From positions 16,058,001 through 16,122,000 of the forward strand of contig NC_086097.1 of assembly GCF_963921235.1 (NCBI RefSeq): 64,000 nt of DNA, read 5' to 3'. Below the pieces are notes generated by a model. It did not search any database, was not told where the DNA came from, and saw only the letters and a list, made by a program, of their open reading frames with translations. Positions 37,805 to 51,592 of this stretch are shown here, one piece after another. Position 1 is the first letter of the stretch, and each line of letters opens with the position of its first letter. A program made the translations under genes and the position numbers. This DNA comes from Mobula hypostoma (lineage: Eukaryota).

Positions 37805-39620
37805 GTCAGTGCCTTAGGAGTCAGTGATCACGATATGAATGAGTTCAACTTCAAATCTGACAGAGTGAAAGTAAAGTGTGACATAGCAGTATTTCATTGG
37901 AGTAAAGGAAATTACAGTGGTATGAGAGAAGAGTTGGCCAAAGTAAAAAGGAAGTAGCTGCTGGCGGGGATGACAGCAGAGCAGCAATGGTGTGAGTTTC
38001 TGGGAAAAATGAGGAAGGTGCAGGAAAGAGAGGGTAACGAAAGGTCTCAGCCGGAAACGGCGACTGTACCTCTTTCTATAGATGCTGCCTGGCCTGCTGT
38101 GTTCACCAGCATTTTGTGAAAGGTGCAGGAAAGATGTTTTCTAAAACGAAGAAATACTTAAATGGCAAAATAGTACAACTGTGACTGACAAGGGAAGTCA
38201 AGGCTAATGTAAAAACAAAAGAGAGGGCATACGACAAAGCAAAAATTAGTGGGAAGATAGAGAATTAGGAAGTTTTTAAAAACCTACAGAGAGCAACTAA
38301 AAGAATCGTTAGAAGGGAAAAGATGAAATATGAAAGCAAGCTAACAAACAATATCAAAGTGGGTTCTAAAAGCTTTTTCAAGTCTGTAACAAATAAAAGA
38401 GGTGAGAGTGGATATAGGTCCACTAGAAAATGAGGCCAGAGAAATAATAACGGGAGATAAGGAGATGGTAGATGAACTAAATGAGTATTTTGTATCAGTC
38501 TTCACTGTGAAAGATGCTAGCAATGTGCCAGCTGTTGTAGTGTGTGAAGGAAGTTAGTGCAGTTACTATTACAAGGGAGAAGGTGCTCAAAAAACTGAAA
38601 GACCTAAGGGTACATAAGTTACCGAGACCAGATGAATTGTACCCGAGGGCTATGAAAGAGGTAGCAGTAGAGATTGTGGAGGCATTAGCAATAATCTTTC
38701 AAAAATCACTGAACTCTGGCATGATGCCAGAGGACTGGAAAATTGCAAATGTCACTCCACGTTTTAAAAAAGGAAGAAGGCAGCAGAAAGTAAATTATAG
38801 ACCAATTAGCCTGACCTCAGTGGTTGGGAAGATGTTGGAGTCAACTGTTCAGGATGAGATTGTGGAGTACTTGGTGACACAAGACAAGATAGGACAAAGT
38901 CAGCATGGTTTCCTTAAGGGAAAATCTTGGTGGAGGGGCAAGTAGTGTTGAGAAAACAGATAAGATGCAGAAGGACTTAGACAGATGCGCAAGGAAGAGG
39001 CAAATGAGATACAATTTTGGAAAATGCATTGTCATGCACTTTGGTAGTAGAATAAATGTGCAGACTATTTTCTAATCAGGGAAAAAATCCAAAAGCCTGA
39101 GATGCAAAGGGACTTGGGAGTCCTTATGCAAAACACCCTGAAGGTTAACTCGTAGGTTGAGTCGGTGGTGATGGAGGCAAATGCAATGTTAGCATTCATT
39201 TCAAGAGGGCTTAAATACAAGAGCAGGGATGTGATGCTGAGGTTTTATAGGCACTGGTGGGCCACACCTTTAGTATTGTGAACTGTTTTGGGCTCCTCAT
39301 CTGAGGAAACACCTGCTGGCATTGGAGAGGGTCCAGAGGAGGTTCACAAGGGTGATTCCAGGAATGAAAAGGTTATCAAAAGGTTCTTGGTCTTTAGCCA
39401 GAGGGTGGTAAATTTGTGGAATTTGTTACCACAGGCAGCTGTGGAGGCCAGGTCGTTGGGTGTATTTAAGGCAGAGATTGATAGGTTCCTGATTGGGCAC
39501 AGCATCAAAGGTTACAGGGAGAAGGCCGGGGAATTGGGAAGAAAAGGGGGAAAAAGGATCAGCCATGATTGAATGGCGGAGCAGACTTGATTCTGCTCCT
39601 ATGTCTTCTGGTCTTATGGG
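37805..39620 (+). mobile_element. Decayed, internally deleted CR1 with a small Penelope-terminus insert (~38030-38118)
   Basis: GVSDH, PEDWKIANV, QHGFLKGKS motifs; the insert carries gaaacggcgactgtacc...gatgctgcctggcctgctg. Confidence 0.85.
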
Positions 39621-39729
39621 ACTCTACAGATATATTAAGAGCAAAAGGATTGCACAGGACAAAATCGGTCCTCTGGAAAGATCAGAATGGTAATCCATGT
39701 GCAGAGCAAAAACAGATGGGGGAGATCTG

Positions 39730-41521
39730 TATTTATAAATATATAAAGCAGAAGAGGGTGGCTAAAGTCAACGTAGGTTCCTGGGAAGACGAGAAGGGGA
39801 AATTGATATTGGGTGTTAAGGAAATGGCTGAGGCATTGAACGACTATTTTGTGTCAGTCTTCACGGTGGAGGACACGTTTAATATGCCAAAAAAGGATGT
39901 TATGGATGAAATGGGAAGTGATGAGCAAACTAGAGGGCCTGAAGGTAGATAAGTCCCCTCGTCCTGATGGGAGGCATCCCAGGGTGCTGAGGAAATTGGC
40001 TTAGGTTATCGTAGACACGTTGGTAACCACTTACCAAAACTCACTAGACTCTGGGGAGGTCCCGGCGGATTGGAAGACAGCAACTGTCACGCCACTTTTT
40101 AAAAAAGGATGTAGTCAAAAGACAGGCAACTATAGGCCAGATAGCTTAACATCTGAAGTCGGGAAAATGCTTGAAGTTGTCATTAAGGAAGAAATAGCGA
40201 AACATTTAGAAAGGAGTGCTTCCATTAGACAGATGCAGCATGGATTCAGAAAGGGCAGGTCCTGTTTGACAAACTTACTGGAGTTCTTTGAGCACATAAT
40301 GAGTGCAGTGGATAGAGGGGAACAGGTGGATGTCATATACTTGGATTTCCAGAAGGCGTTCGATAAGGTGCCGCACAAGAGACTTATAAATAAGATACGG
40401 ATGCATGGAGTTAGAGGAAGTGTATTGGCATGGATAGTGGACTGGTTAACCGATAGAAGGCAGAGAGTTGGTATAAATGGGTGTTTCTCCGGTTGGCAGT
40501 CAGTGGTGAGTCGGGTGCCACAGGGGTCAGTGCTGGGCCCGCAGCTGTTTACCATTTACATTAATAATTTGGAAGAGGGGACTGAGTGTAGCGTAGCAGA
40601 ATTTGCTGATGACACTAAACTGAGTGGAAAAGCAAATTGTACAGAGGATGTCGAGAGTCTGCAGAGGGATATAGATAGGTTAAGTGAGTGGGCCAAGGTC
40701 TGGCAGATGGAATGCAATGTGAGATTATCCACTTTGGAGGGAATAATAGAAGAGCAGATTATTATTTAAATGGTGAAAGATTGCAGCATGCTGTTGTGCA
40801 GAGGGACTTGGGAGTGCTTGTTCATGACGCAAAAAGTTGGCTTGCAGGTCCAACAGGTTATTAAGAAGGCAAACGGAATGTTGGTCTTTATTGCTAGAGG
40901 GATTGTATTCAAGAGCAGAGTGGTCATGCTGCAACTATACAGGGTACTGGTGAGGCTGCACCTGGAGTACTGTGTGCAGTTCTGGTCTCCATACTTGAGG
41001 AAGGATATACTGGCTTTGGAGGCAGTGCAAAAGAGGTTCGCCAGGTTGATTCCAGGGATGAAGGAATTAACCTATGAGGAGAGATTGATTCGCCTGGGAC
41101 TATACTCTCTGAAATTCAGAAAAATGAGAGGGGATCTTATAGAAACATACAAAATTTTGAAAGGGATAGGTAAGATAAAAGGAGGAAAGTTGTTTCCATT
41201 GGAAGTGAGACTAGAACCAGGGGACATTGCCTCAAGATTCAGAAGAAGAATTAGGACGGAGATGAGGACAAACTGTTTTTCCCAGAGAGTGGTGAATCTA
41301 TGGAATTTTCTGCCCAGGGAAGCAGTTGGGGCTTCTTCACTAAATATATTTAAGATACAGTTAGATAGGTTTTTACATAGATGGGGAATTAAGGGTTATG
41401 GGGAAAAGGCAGGTAGATGGAGCTGAGTTTATGGACAGATCAGCCATGATCTTATTGAATGGCGGGGCAGGCTCAATGGGCCAGATGGCCTACTCCTGCT
41501 GCTATTTCTTATGTTCTTATG
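39730..41521 (+). mobile_element. CR1 LINE, 5'-truncated (ORFs 40020..40769 and 40770..41426)
   Basis: RT motifs with FADD; cttatgttcttatgt tail; close relative of 49998-51592. Confidence 0.93.
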
Positions 41522-42638
41522 TACTCAGGAGATGGACACAGAGTCTACAGAAGGGAGGCTAAGCGGCATCAACTTCATGGACACTGTACAGATTACAGAA
41601 GAGGAAGTGTTTGCTATCTTGAGGTAAATCTGAGTGGATAAATCTTCAGGACCTGACAAGGTGTTCCCTCGGACCCTGCAGGAGGCAAGTGTAAACATTG
41701 CCAGGGTGCTAGCAGAGATATTTAAATCTTCCTTAGCAACAGAATAGCTACCAGAGGATTGGAGGATAGCCAATGTTCTGCTGTTTAAGAAAGGCTCCAA
41801 ACAGAAATCAGGAACTTATAGGCCTGTGAGTCTGACATCAGTTGTGGGAAAGTTATTGGATGGTATTTAAAGGGACTGAATATATAAGTATTTGGATAGA
41901 CCTGGACTGATTAAGGATAGTCAGCATGGCTTTGAGCGTGGTAGGTCTTGTCAATCAATCATATATTTTTCAAGGAAGTTACCAGGAAAGTGGATGAAGG
42001 CAAGGCAGTGGATGTTGGTTACATGGACTTTAGTAAGGCATTTGACAAGGTCCCACATGGAAGGTTGTTCACGAAGGTTCAGTCACTCGGCATTCCAGAT
42101 GAGGTAGTAAATTGGATTAAAGCATTGGCTTTGTGGGAGAAGCCAAAGAGTGCCGGTAGATAGTTGCCTGTGACTAGTGGTGTGCCACAGGGATCGGTGC
42201 TAGGTCCTTTGGTGTTCATTATCTATATCAACGATTTGGATGATAATGAGGTTAACTGGATCAGCAATACGCGGATGACACCAAGATTGGGGGTGTAGTG
42301 GACAATGACAAAGGCTATTATGGCTTGCTGAGGGATCTGCATCAACTTGAAAAATGGGTTGAAAAATGGCAGATGGAATTTACTGCAGACAAGTGCAAGG
42401 TTTTGCTCTTCAGTAGGACCAACCAGGGTAGGTCTTATACAGTGAATGGTAGGGCACTGAGAAGTGTAGGGATCTAGGAATACAGGTCAGTAATTCAATG
42501 AAAGTTGGGTCAAAGGTAGATAGAGTCATAAAGGAAGCTTTTGGCACATTGGCCTTCATAAATCAAAGGATTGAGTACAGGAGATAGGATGTTATGTTGA
42601 AGTTGTGTAAGATGCTAGTGAGGCCTAATTTGGAGTAT

Positions 42639-42789
42639 CGTAAACAAGAGAAGGTTTGCAGATGCTGGAAATCCAAGCAACACACACAAAATGCTGGAGG
42701 AACCCAGCAGGTCAGGTAGCATTGGTGAGTACAGTTGGCGTTTCGGCCCGAAATGTCCACTATATTCTTTTCCATAGATGTGGCCTGGC
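42639..42789. mobile_element. Inverted Penelope-terminus-derived insert with a 9-bp TSD
   Basis: ttggagtat at 42630-42638 and 42790-42798; two oppositely oriented termini joined at tttcggcccgaaa. Confidence 0.75.
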
Positions 42790-42982
42790 TTGGAGTATTG
42801 TATGCAGTTTTGGTCACCTCCCTACAGGAAAGATGCAAACATGTCTGAAAGAGTACTGAGAAAATTTACAAGGATTGTCCCGGTTCTGGAGGACCTGAGT
42901 TATAAGGAAAGTTTGAAAAGGTTAGGACTGTATTCCTTAGAACACAGAAGATTAAGAAGAAATTTGATAGCAGTATACAAAA

Positions 42983-44920
42983 CTAGAAATGAAATTTAAC
43001 TCTCTAAAGGATGCCTTGGTAGAATCAGCAAAGTCAGTGATTCCTAAAAAAGGAAAAAGCACAAAGAATAAATGGATGACAGATGAAATCAAAAATCTAA
43101 TGGAAGAAAGCAAATCCTATACAATATAAGTCCTTAGATAAAAAAGTTAAAAGCTTATGTCAAAAAGCCAAAGAAGAATGGTTAAACCAGGAATGTGAGC
43201 AAATAGAAAGAATCCCTATTACTGATCCAAAAAGGTTACATCAACAAATCAAGAATATCACTGGTAAAAAGCTCCTCTGTTCTTCAGGTGGATGTTTGAA
43301 AGCAAAGGACGGTACCATTATCATGGAAAAAGATGAGATTATGAACAGATAGACTGAGTATATTCAGGAATTGTTTGAAGACAATCAAGGCAAAAAAACA
43401 GAAATTAAGAAAAACATTGAAGGTCCAAGTATTTTAAAATTTGAAGTTCGTAATGCAATAAATAAGATGAAGAAAGGAAAGGCAACAGGTCCTGATGAAT
43501 TAGTAATAGAACAAATTATCACCCTTGAAGATTATGGAGTTGAAAAACTTACTGACTAAATCAATGACATTTATGAGACTGGAATAATACCAGAAGAGAT
43601 GAAAAAATCAGTATTTATCACTCTTTCTGAGAAACCTGGAGCAATAGAATGTGAATTACATAGGACCATAAGTTTACTGAGTCATATCACCAAGATACTT
43701 CTAAGAATTTTGAAGACAAGAGCTAAAAGTAAGATACAAGCTGAAATAAGTAAAGAACAATGTGGTTTTGTGAAAGACAAAGGTACAAGAAACGCAATAT
43801 TGATGTTAAGGATACTATCAGAACAAGCTATACAAGCGCAAAAAGATTTGTTTGTTTGTTTTATTGACTACACAAAAGCACTTGATAAAGTGAAGCACAA
43901 TAAGTTATTTTAAATATTACAGAAATCTCTAGATTAGGATTCGAAAGACCTCCGTCTAATCAGAAATCTGTACTGGGAACAAACTCCCGCTGTAAGAATA
44001 GATGGAGAAGTGAATCAGTTTACGAAAATCAAGAGAGGCGTTAGACAAGGGTGAGTTTTCTCCCCTGATTTATTTAATGTGTACAGTGAAACAATATTAC
44101 AAAAAACAAGAGACATCTTGGGAATCAAAGTTGGCGGTGAAAACATCAATAACTTCAGATATGCAGATGACACTGTGTTAATTGCAGGTACGGAGGAAGA
44201 ACTACAAAACTTAATTGATATAGTTGTTGAAGAAAGTGCAAAAATGGGTCTATATATCAATTGAAAAAAGACAGAATGTATGGTGATATCCAAAAAAAGA
44301 GAATCCTATCTGCAGGCTGAGAATAAATGGGGAAGACATAAAACAAGTACAGAACTTTTGCTATTTAAGAAGCTGGGTGAAATCAGATGGCAGGTGCGAC
44401 ATGGATGTCAAAAGAAGAATAAGGATGGCAAAAGACACCCTTATGAGAATGAAGAGTATACTAAACTAGGCATGACAACCCGCCTCAGAGTACTGAAATG
44501 TTACGTTATCCAGTTCTGTTATATGGCACAGAATGTTGGACAATATCTAGTAATATGAGGAAACAAACTGAAGCAGCAGAGATGTGGTTTTTGAGGATGA
44601 TGCAAAGAATATCATGGACAAAATGAATATCTAACGAACAGGGCAAACACAAAAAGAGAAATAATGTATGAGATCATGAAAAGACAACATAACTTCATTG
44701 GACATGTGATTAGGAAAGAAGAGTTAGAATGCATGGTAATTATGGGAAAAATTGAAGGGAAGAAAGCAAGAGGAAGACAAAGACCATTGATAATGGAGAC
44801 AGCAGCCAGAGAACTGGAAATGAATACCAATGAATTGATCAACTTGACCCGAAACAGGAGTGTGTGGGCCATGGCAGTCAAAGCTCAAACTGGGCATGGC
44901 ACCTGATAATGATGATGATG
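42983..44920 (+). mobile_element. RTE-clade LINE, 5'-truncated, (GAT)n tail, 8-bp TSD
   Basis: KATGPDE, ECELHRTISLLSHITKIL, EQCGF, CFIDY, NNFRYADDTVL, GKIEGKKARGR; atacaaaa at 42975-42982 and 44921-44928. Confidence 0.93.
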
Positions 44921-45975
44921 ATACAAAATTATGAGGGGTATAGATAGGATAAATGTAAGCAGGCTTTTTCACCACTGAGGTTGAGTAGGACTACAACCAA
45001 AGATCATGGGTTAAGGGTGGAAAGGTGAAAAAGTTAAGGGAAACATGAGGGAAAACTTCTTCACACAGATGGTCATGAGTGTGTGGAAAGAGCTGCAACA
45101 CAAGTGGTCCATGCGAGCTCAATCTCAACGTTTAAGCAAAGTTTGGATAGGTATATGGATAGTGCAGGTGCAGATGCAGGTTGATGGGAATTGGCAGTTT
45201 AAATTGTTTTGGCATAGACTAGATGGGCCAAAGGGCCTGTTTCTGTGCTATACATCTCAATGACTCGATGACAGATCAGGTTAAGACTTATATTGCTGCT
45301 TTTGTTATCAGCTTCAGATCAATGTTGCACTCCATGGAAGAATGAATTCACTGCTGAATAAATACAGACACACAGACTCAGGTTTTACTTCAGTCTGGTA
45401 AAGTCAGATCTAGAAGGGAAAGCAGAATAAATGCAGTTGAAACAAGGCAAATGTCTTAATACATAATTTCAGAGGAAGGAGATCAGATTGCATGATAAGG
45501 ATAGTGTGTGATGATACCACCTGGTAGAACAGAAAAAAATGGAACATTTGTAGAAATTTAGCTTTCCAAGAAGTCACTTTAAAACCTGTCAGAAAAGTTC
45601 AGTTGGACCATTTGATCTTATCACAAGATGCTCAAAAAGTAGAGGAGAAGAATGAATTTGAAAATACTGTACTCTCATAATTATTAAAGAAAGATTGACA
45701 TAGAATACAATTGAAGGGAATCACAAAGTGATACCTTTCAGTACTCTCCTCATATAGAGCAAAACCACATGCTTAGTATTCATAACTCATTGGACTATCT
45801 CTAATTTCATTATTTTAAATGTTCAATTACCTTAACAACCATAAAAACATTGCAAAATACAACTTTCTAGGAAAATCAAGACATTAATGTTCAAATAGAT
45901 ATCAAGTACTATATTAATGAATTTGACTAAGATTTACGTAACTTTAATGTAAACCTCGTTCAATTTTCAACCTAC

Positions 45976-46071
45976 CTCTCATGACATCTAACAAACTTCC
46001 ATCTAGCTGCTTCATAAATGTTCCATAATAGAATTTCACTTTCACATACCATTCATCCTCAGGAAATACAT
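45976..46071 (-). CDS. CATSPERB: CATSPERB-like internal exon (96 nt, phase 1 to 1): (D)VFPEDEWYVKVKFYYGTFMKQLDGSLLDVMR
   Basis: tttttcttgatag acceptor, GAG/gtaggt donor. Matches the recalled EEWLVRITLHHGLNIYATEGTLLDVIRE and splices onto EPILQW. Confidence 0.9.
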
Positions 46072-47337
46072 CTATCAAGAAAAACAATATGTTGTTATTT
46101 CATATGAGCTTTTTTTTGCTTGCACCTTGGCCCCAGAGGAACATTGTTTCATTCACTGTGTCTATTATGGTTGAATGATAACTAAACTCGATCTGATTTG
46201 ATTTGAGTAAAGCAATCTGAATAACAATCTTATAAGTAAATTAATTTGAGAACCAGAATTGAAAATATACTTGTTTTTTTTTCAATTATTATGGATATAT
46301 TTCATGAATTCTACTGAAACTACAATATTTACACACAAACAAGAATTTCACCCCTCAGTATATTTTATCAGTAAATGTACGATGATCACAAGGCTACATA
46401 AATTATCCACTCCTACTTGCAATGATCAATACATGGCTGAACTTCCAGAAATGCTACATCCGCGAGGGCTATCAGAAGGGGAATAATTTCCACAATTTGA
46501 ATTGAGTTATAATGAAGCCATGCATCAGCTTGGGGATATGTTGAGGTTTACTTGACTGACTAGAAACTTATGGAATTGCTGGGCAGGGAAGCTTTGCCAA
46601 ATTAAACTTGACAAATTCCTGTGCTATATAATCATCAATAAAAAAAATTCTTAGACCATAAAAAAAGCACAGATTCTATAGTCACTTCTGCCCACCACAT
46701 CTGCACCAACCATGATGCCAAAATAAATTGATCCTTCTGATTGAACATGGTCCATATCTCTCTATTCCCTCTGTCCACTTTTTCATATCCATGTGCCTGC
46801 AGTACGAGCCTCTAAAATCATCTCTGTCAGTGCATTCCAAGCACCTACCATTCTCTGTAGCAAAAAACTACTACTGACATTTCACCTAAACATTCTTCCA
46901 CTCGGTTTAAATGGATGTCCTGTGCTATTAGCATTGCCACCCTGGGAGTTACCAGGGAATAATGCCCAGGTGTTCTGTGTCCAGTCAGAAGATTATGTAA
47001 TCTTTTATTTTTAAGCTATATTTGAGTTAATTGAAGAAGCATGGCTGAAATCAGAAATATCATTGTGAGAATGGATTGCGATAATTCAGATGAAAGGCCA
47101 TCAATCTGAAATGCCAGCATTGTTCTCTCTCTGTGGATCCTACCCACCCTACTGAGGATTTTCAGCACTTTCTATTCAACTTCAGATTTTCATATTTGCT
47201 TTTGAAAGAAAATACTTCAATTGGTTCTACTAAAAAGTAGATGTTAGAGCATCCAACAACATGGAAATCAGGCATCAAAACAATGGCAGACATAACAGTC
47301 AACCTTCATTAGACAGAACATTTAACATTTAGACAAT

Positions 47338-48670
47338 AAACCATAAGACATTGGAGCAGGATTAGGCCATCTGGCCCATCGTGTCTGCTCCACCATTCAA
47401 TCATGGCTGATCCTTCTCCTCAGCTCTACTCCCCAGCCTTCTCCCCGTAACCTTTGATAGCATGTCCAATCAAGAACCTTTCAAGCTCTGCCTTAAATAT
47501 ACCCAACGACCTGGTCTTCACAGCTGCCTGTGGTAACAAATTCCACAAATTCACCACCCTCTGGCTAAAGAAATTTCTCTGCATCTTTGTTTTAAATGGA
47601 CGCCCTTCTTGTCCTTGACTCCCCCACCATAGGGAACATCCTTTCCACATCTACTCTGTCTAGGCCTTTCATCATTCAAAAGGTTTCAATGAAATTGCCA
47701 CTCATCCTTCTAAATTCCTGAGAGTACAGCCCCAGAGTTATCAAACATTTCTCATATGATAACCTTTTAATTCCCCAAATCACCTTTGTGAATCTCTTCT
47801 GAGCCCTCTCCAATGTCAGCACATATTATCTTACAAGGTAGATGAGGAGTACAAAATGGTTCACAATATTCAAGCTGATGCCCCACCAGTGCCTTATAAA
47901 GCCTCAGCATCACATTCTTGCTCTTGTATTCTAGATCTCTTGAAATGAATGCTAATATTGCCTTTGCCTTCCTCACCATCAACTCAGTCTGCAAGTTAAC
48001 CTTAGGATGTCCTGCATAAAGAATCCCAAGTCCTTTTGCATCTCAGATTTTTGGATTTTCTCCACATTTAGAAAATAGTCTACATACTTATTTCTACTAC
48101 CAAAGTGCATGACCATGCATTTTCCAACATTGTATTTCATAACATTGTATTTCATTTGCCACTCTCTTGCCCATTCTCCTATCTGTCTAGGTACTTCTGC
48201 AGCCTATCTATTTCCTCAACACTACCTACCCCTCCACCGATCTTTGTATCATCTGCAAACTTAGCAACAAAGTCATTTATTCCATCATCTAAATCATTGA
48301 TATACAGCATAAAAATAAGTTGTCCCAACACCGACCCCTGCAGAACACCACTAGTCAGTGGCTGTCAACCAGAATAGGATCCCTTTATTCCCACTCATTG
48401 CCTCCTACCAATCAGTCAATGCTCTAATTATGCCAGTAACTTTCTCGTAATACCATGGACTCTTAACTTGATAAGAAGCCTCATGTGTGGCACCTTGTCT
48501 GAATATACAACATCCACTGCATCTCCCTTATCTATCCTATGTGTAATCTCCTCAAAGAATTCCAACAGGTTCGTCAGGCAAGATTTTCCCTTAAGGAAAC
48601 CATGCTGACTTTGTCCTATCTTGTCCTGAGTCACCAAGTACTCCATAACCTCATCCTTAACAAATTGATT
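47338..48670 (-). mobile_element. Decayed CR1 (RT to 3' end)
   Basis: [35 protein letters not shown]. Confidence 0.9.
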
Positions 48671-49584
48671 ATACTCTAACAACAAAAAATACAAAGGGCA
48701 TCTGTGGTGAGAGAATTGGTGTGTTTGTCCATTAATCCATTGTGCAAAAGTGGATGATTCACCACCTACAATTCAAGAGGTCATCATTGAACAATATAGT
48801 TCAAAAGCTTTTTTTGTGAGGAAGAGAGCTCACCATGTCTCTGCAAAGACTCTCTACCAACTACAAGGCAGAAGTACAATAAAATATGACTTATGTGGTT
48901 GGATTGTTTCAGTAAAATTCAGTTCAACACCATCTAAGAAAAGTAGCTATTTGATTAAATGGTCGTTTCCCTCCATCACTGCAATACCATACCTGATAGA
49001 TATATTATGTGACATGCACTGCAGCAGGTTTCTTTGGTCCAGGACATAGGAAATTAGAAAGTTGCAAGGGAAGACCAAAGATTCCATGTTCCCTTCCAAA
49101 TCACACTGCATCTTATCATGTATGTATAATCACTCTGCTGTCATCACCACTGGATTAATAACCTGAAATTACTTCAGACAGCATGATTGAAGTGGTTCAA
49201 GAAGCCAGCCAAGAATAACCACTTTCGTACACACACATATTAAGCAAACATAACTAAGAAAATTTCAAATTAATATTGAATGTTTTGCTAGCAACAATGC
49301 CTTTAAAATACTTCTCCTGTGACTTTCAAAATTACCTAAATCAGTTGTACTGCCCTCCTCAATACATTGTCTTTAATCTTCAAAATATTCAGTCAAATTG
49401 ATTAGACAGGATCACCGCCAACAAGGTATGACTATTTTCAATAAGTCTCTGCCCCTCCAGGTATAAACTGACTCTCTGTCCTCAGAAATCTTTCTAATAA
49501 CTTCCCTACAACTAACATTAAGATTCACAAAACAGTAATTATCTATGTAATCCCGACTGTCCTTCTTCAATAAAGGTACCACAT

Positions 49585-49995
49585 GTGCTGTTGTCCAAAC
49601 GATCAACAGATGATGCAATAGCCACAGCTCTTCACACAATCCTTACATACCTGGAGGAGAGGGATGCTTATGTGAGAATTCTATTCTTCGACTCTAGTTC
49701 AGCATTCAACACCATAATTCCCACCAAGCTTGACAAGAAGCTTAGAGACCTCAGCCTTCACCATGCCTCGTGCAGCTGGATCCCAGACTTCCTGTCAGAT
49801 CGCCAGCAGGTGGTAAGAGCGGGCTCCCTCACCTCTGCCCCTCTGACCCTCAACACAGGACCCCCCCAGGGCTGTGTCCTAAGCCCCCTCCTTTCCTCTC
49901 TATATACCCATGACTGTGTTGCCACCCACAGCTCCGATCTGCTAATTAAATTTGCATTGGTTGGCCTTACCTCAAATAATAACAAGGCAGCCTAC
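49585..49995 (+). mobile_element. Rex1/Babar RT fragment (its 3' end reappears at ~51593-51860)
   Basis: RSTDDAI..YVRILF..GPPQGCVLSPLL; later LPSGKHYHSIKARTNRL. Confidence 0.85.
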
Positions 49996-49997
49996 AG

Positions 49998-51592
49998 ATG
50001 TAGGCAAAAGATGGGCAACTATAGGCCAGTTAGCTTAACATCTGCAGTCAGGAAAATGCTCGAAACTGTCATTAAGGAAGAAATAGTGAAACATTTAGAA
50101 AGGAGTGCTTCCATTAGACAGATGCAGCATGGATTCAGAAAGGGCAGGTCCTGTTTGACAAACTTACTGGAGTTCTTTGAGGACATAATGAGTGCAGTGG
50201 ATGGAGGAGAACAGGTGGATGTCATATACTTGGATTTCCAGAAGGCGTTCGATAAGATGCCGCACAAGGCACTTATGCATGGAGTCAGAGGAAGTGGACT
50301 GGTTAACCGATAGAAGGCAGAGAGTTGGTATAAATGGGTGTTTCTCCGGTTGGCAGTCAGTGGTGAGAGGGATACCACATGGGTCAATGCTGGGCCCACA
50401 GCTGTTTACCATTTACATTAATGATTTGGAAGAGGGGACTGAGTGTAGTGTAGCAAAATTTGCTGATGACACTAAACTGAGTGGAAAAGCAAGTTGTACA
50501 GAGGATGTGGAGAGTCTGCAGAGGGATATAGATAGGTTAAGTGAGTGGGCCAAGGTTTGGCAGATGGAATACAATGCGAGATCATCCACTTTGGAAGGAA
50601 TAATAGAAGAGCAGATTATTATTTAAGTGGTGAAAGATTGCAGCATGCTGTTGTGCAGAGGAACTTGGGAGTGCTTGTTCATGAATCGCAAAAAGTTGGC
50701 TTGCAGGTACAACAGGTTATTAAGAAGGTAAACAGAATTTTGGCCTTCATTGCTAGAGGGATTGAATTCAAGAGCACAGAGGTCATGTTGCAACTATACA
50801 GGGTACTGGTGAGGCCGCACCTGGAGTACTGTGTGCAGTTCTGGTCTCCATACTTGAGGAAGGATATACTGGCTTTGGAGGCAGTGCAGAGCAGGTTCAC
50901 CAGGTTGATTCCAGGGATGAAGGGGTTAACCTATGACGAGCGATTGAGTCGCCTGGGACTATACTTTCTGGAATTCAGAAGAATGAGAGGGGATCTTATA
51001 GAAACATACAAAATTTTGAAAGGGATAGATAAGATAGAAGTAGGAAAGTTGTTTCCATTGGTAGGTGAGACTAGAACCAGGGGACATTGCCTCAAAATTC
51101 AGAAGAAGAATTAGGACGGAGATGAGGAGAAACTGTTTTTCCCAGAGAGTGGTGAATCTGTGGAATTCTCTGCCCAGGGAAGCAGTTGAGGCTTTTTCAC
51201 TATATATATTTAAGATACAGTTAGATAGATTTTTACATACCTTTCATATTAGCCATTTCTGGCCTGGGATAAGGACTCTGCCTATCTGTTAAATCTATGC
51301 GTCTTATCATCTTGTATACCTTTATCAAGCCTCCTCTCACCTTCCTTTTATCCAAAGAGGAAAACCCCAGCACACTCAACATGAAGTTTGGCATGGACTA
51401 GAAGGGCCGAGATGGCCTGTTTCCGTGCTGTAATTGTTATATGGTTATAGTAGGGGAATTAAGGGTTATAGGGAAAAGGCAGGTGGATGGAGCTGAGTTT
51501 ATGGACAGATCAGCCATGATTCTATGGAATGGCAGGGCAGGCTCGATGGGTCGGATGGCCTACTCCTGCTCCTATTTCTTATGTTCTTATGT
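49998..51592 (+). mobile_element. CR1 LINE, 5'-truncated, close relative of 40109-41521, with a secondary insert at ~51240-51450
   Basis: Same ERSASIRQMQHGF sequence and the same frameshifts as the 40-kb copy. Confidence 0.92.

Larger units (their letters stand above)
41522..45270 (+). mobile_element. Decayed CR1 hosting a Penelope-derived insert (42639-42789) and an RTE (42983-44920)
   Basis: The CR1 reading frame resumes after both inserts; TSDs ttggagtat and atacaaaa. Confidence 0.85.

Noticed and set aside
49585..50313. 242-aa ORF as a novel Rex-CR1 hybrid RT
   Set aside because: It is a chance in-frame junction of a CR1 inserted into a decayed Rex fragment; both halves are defective.
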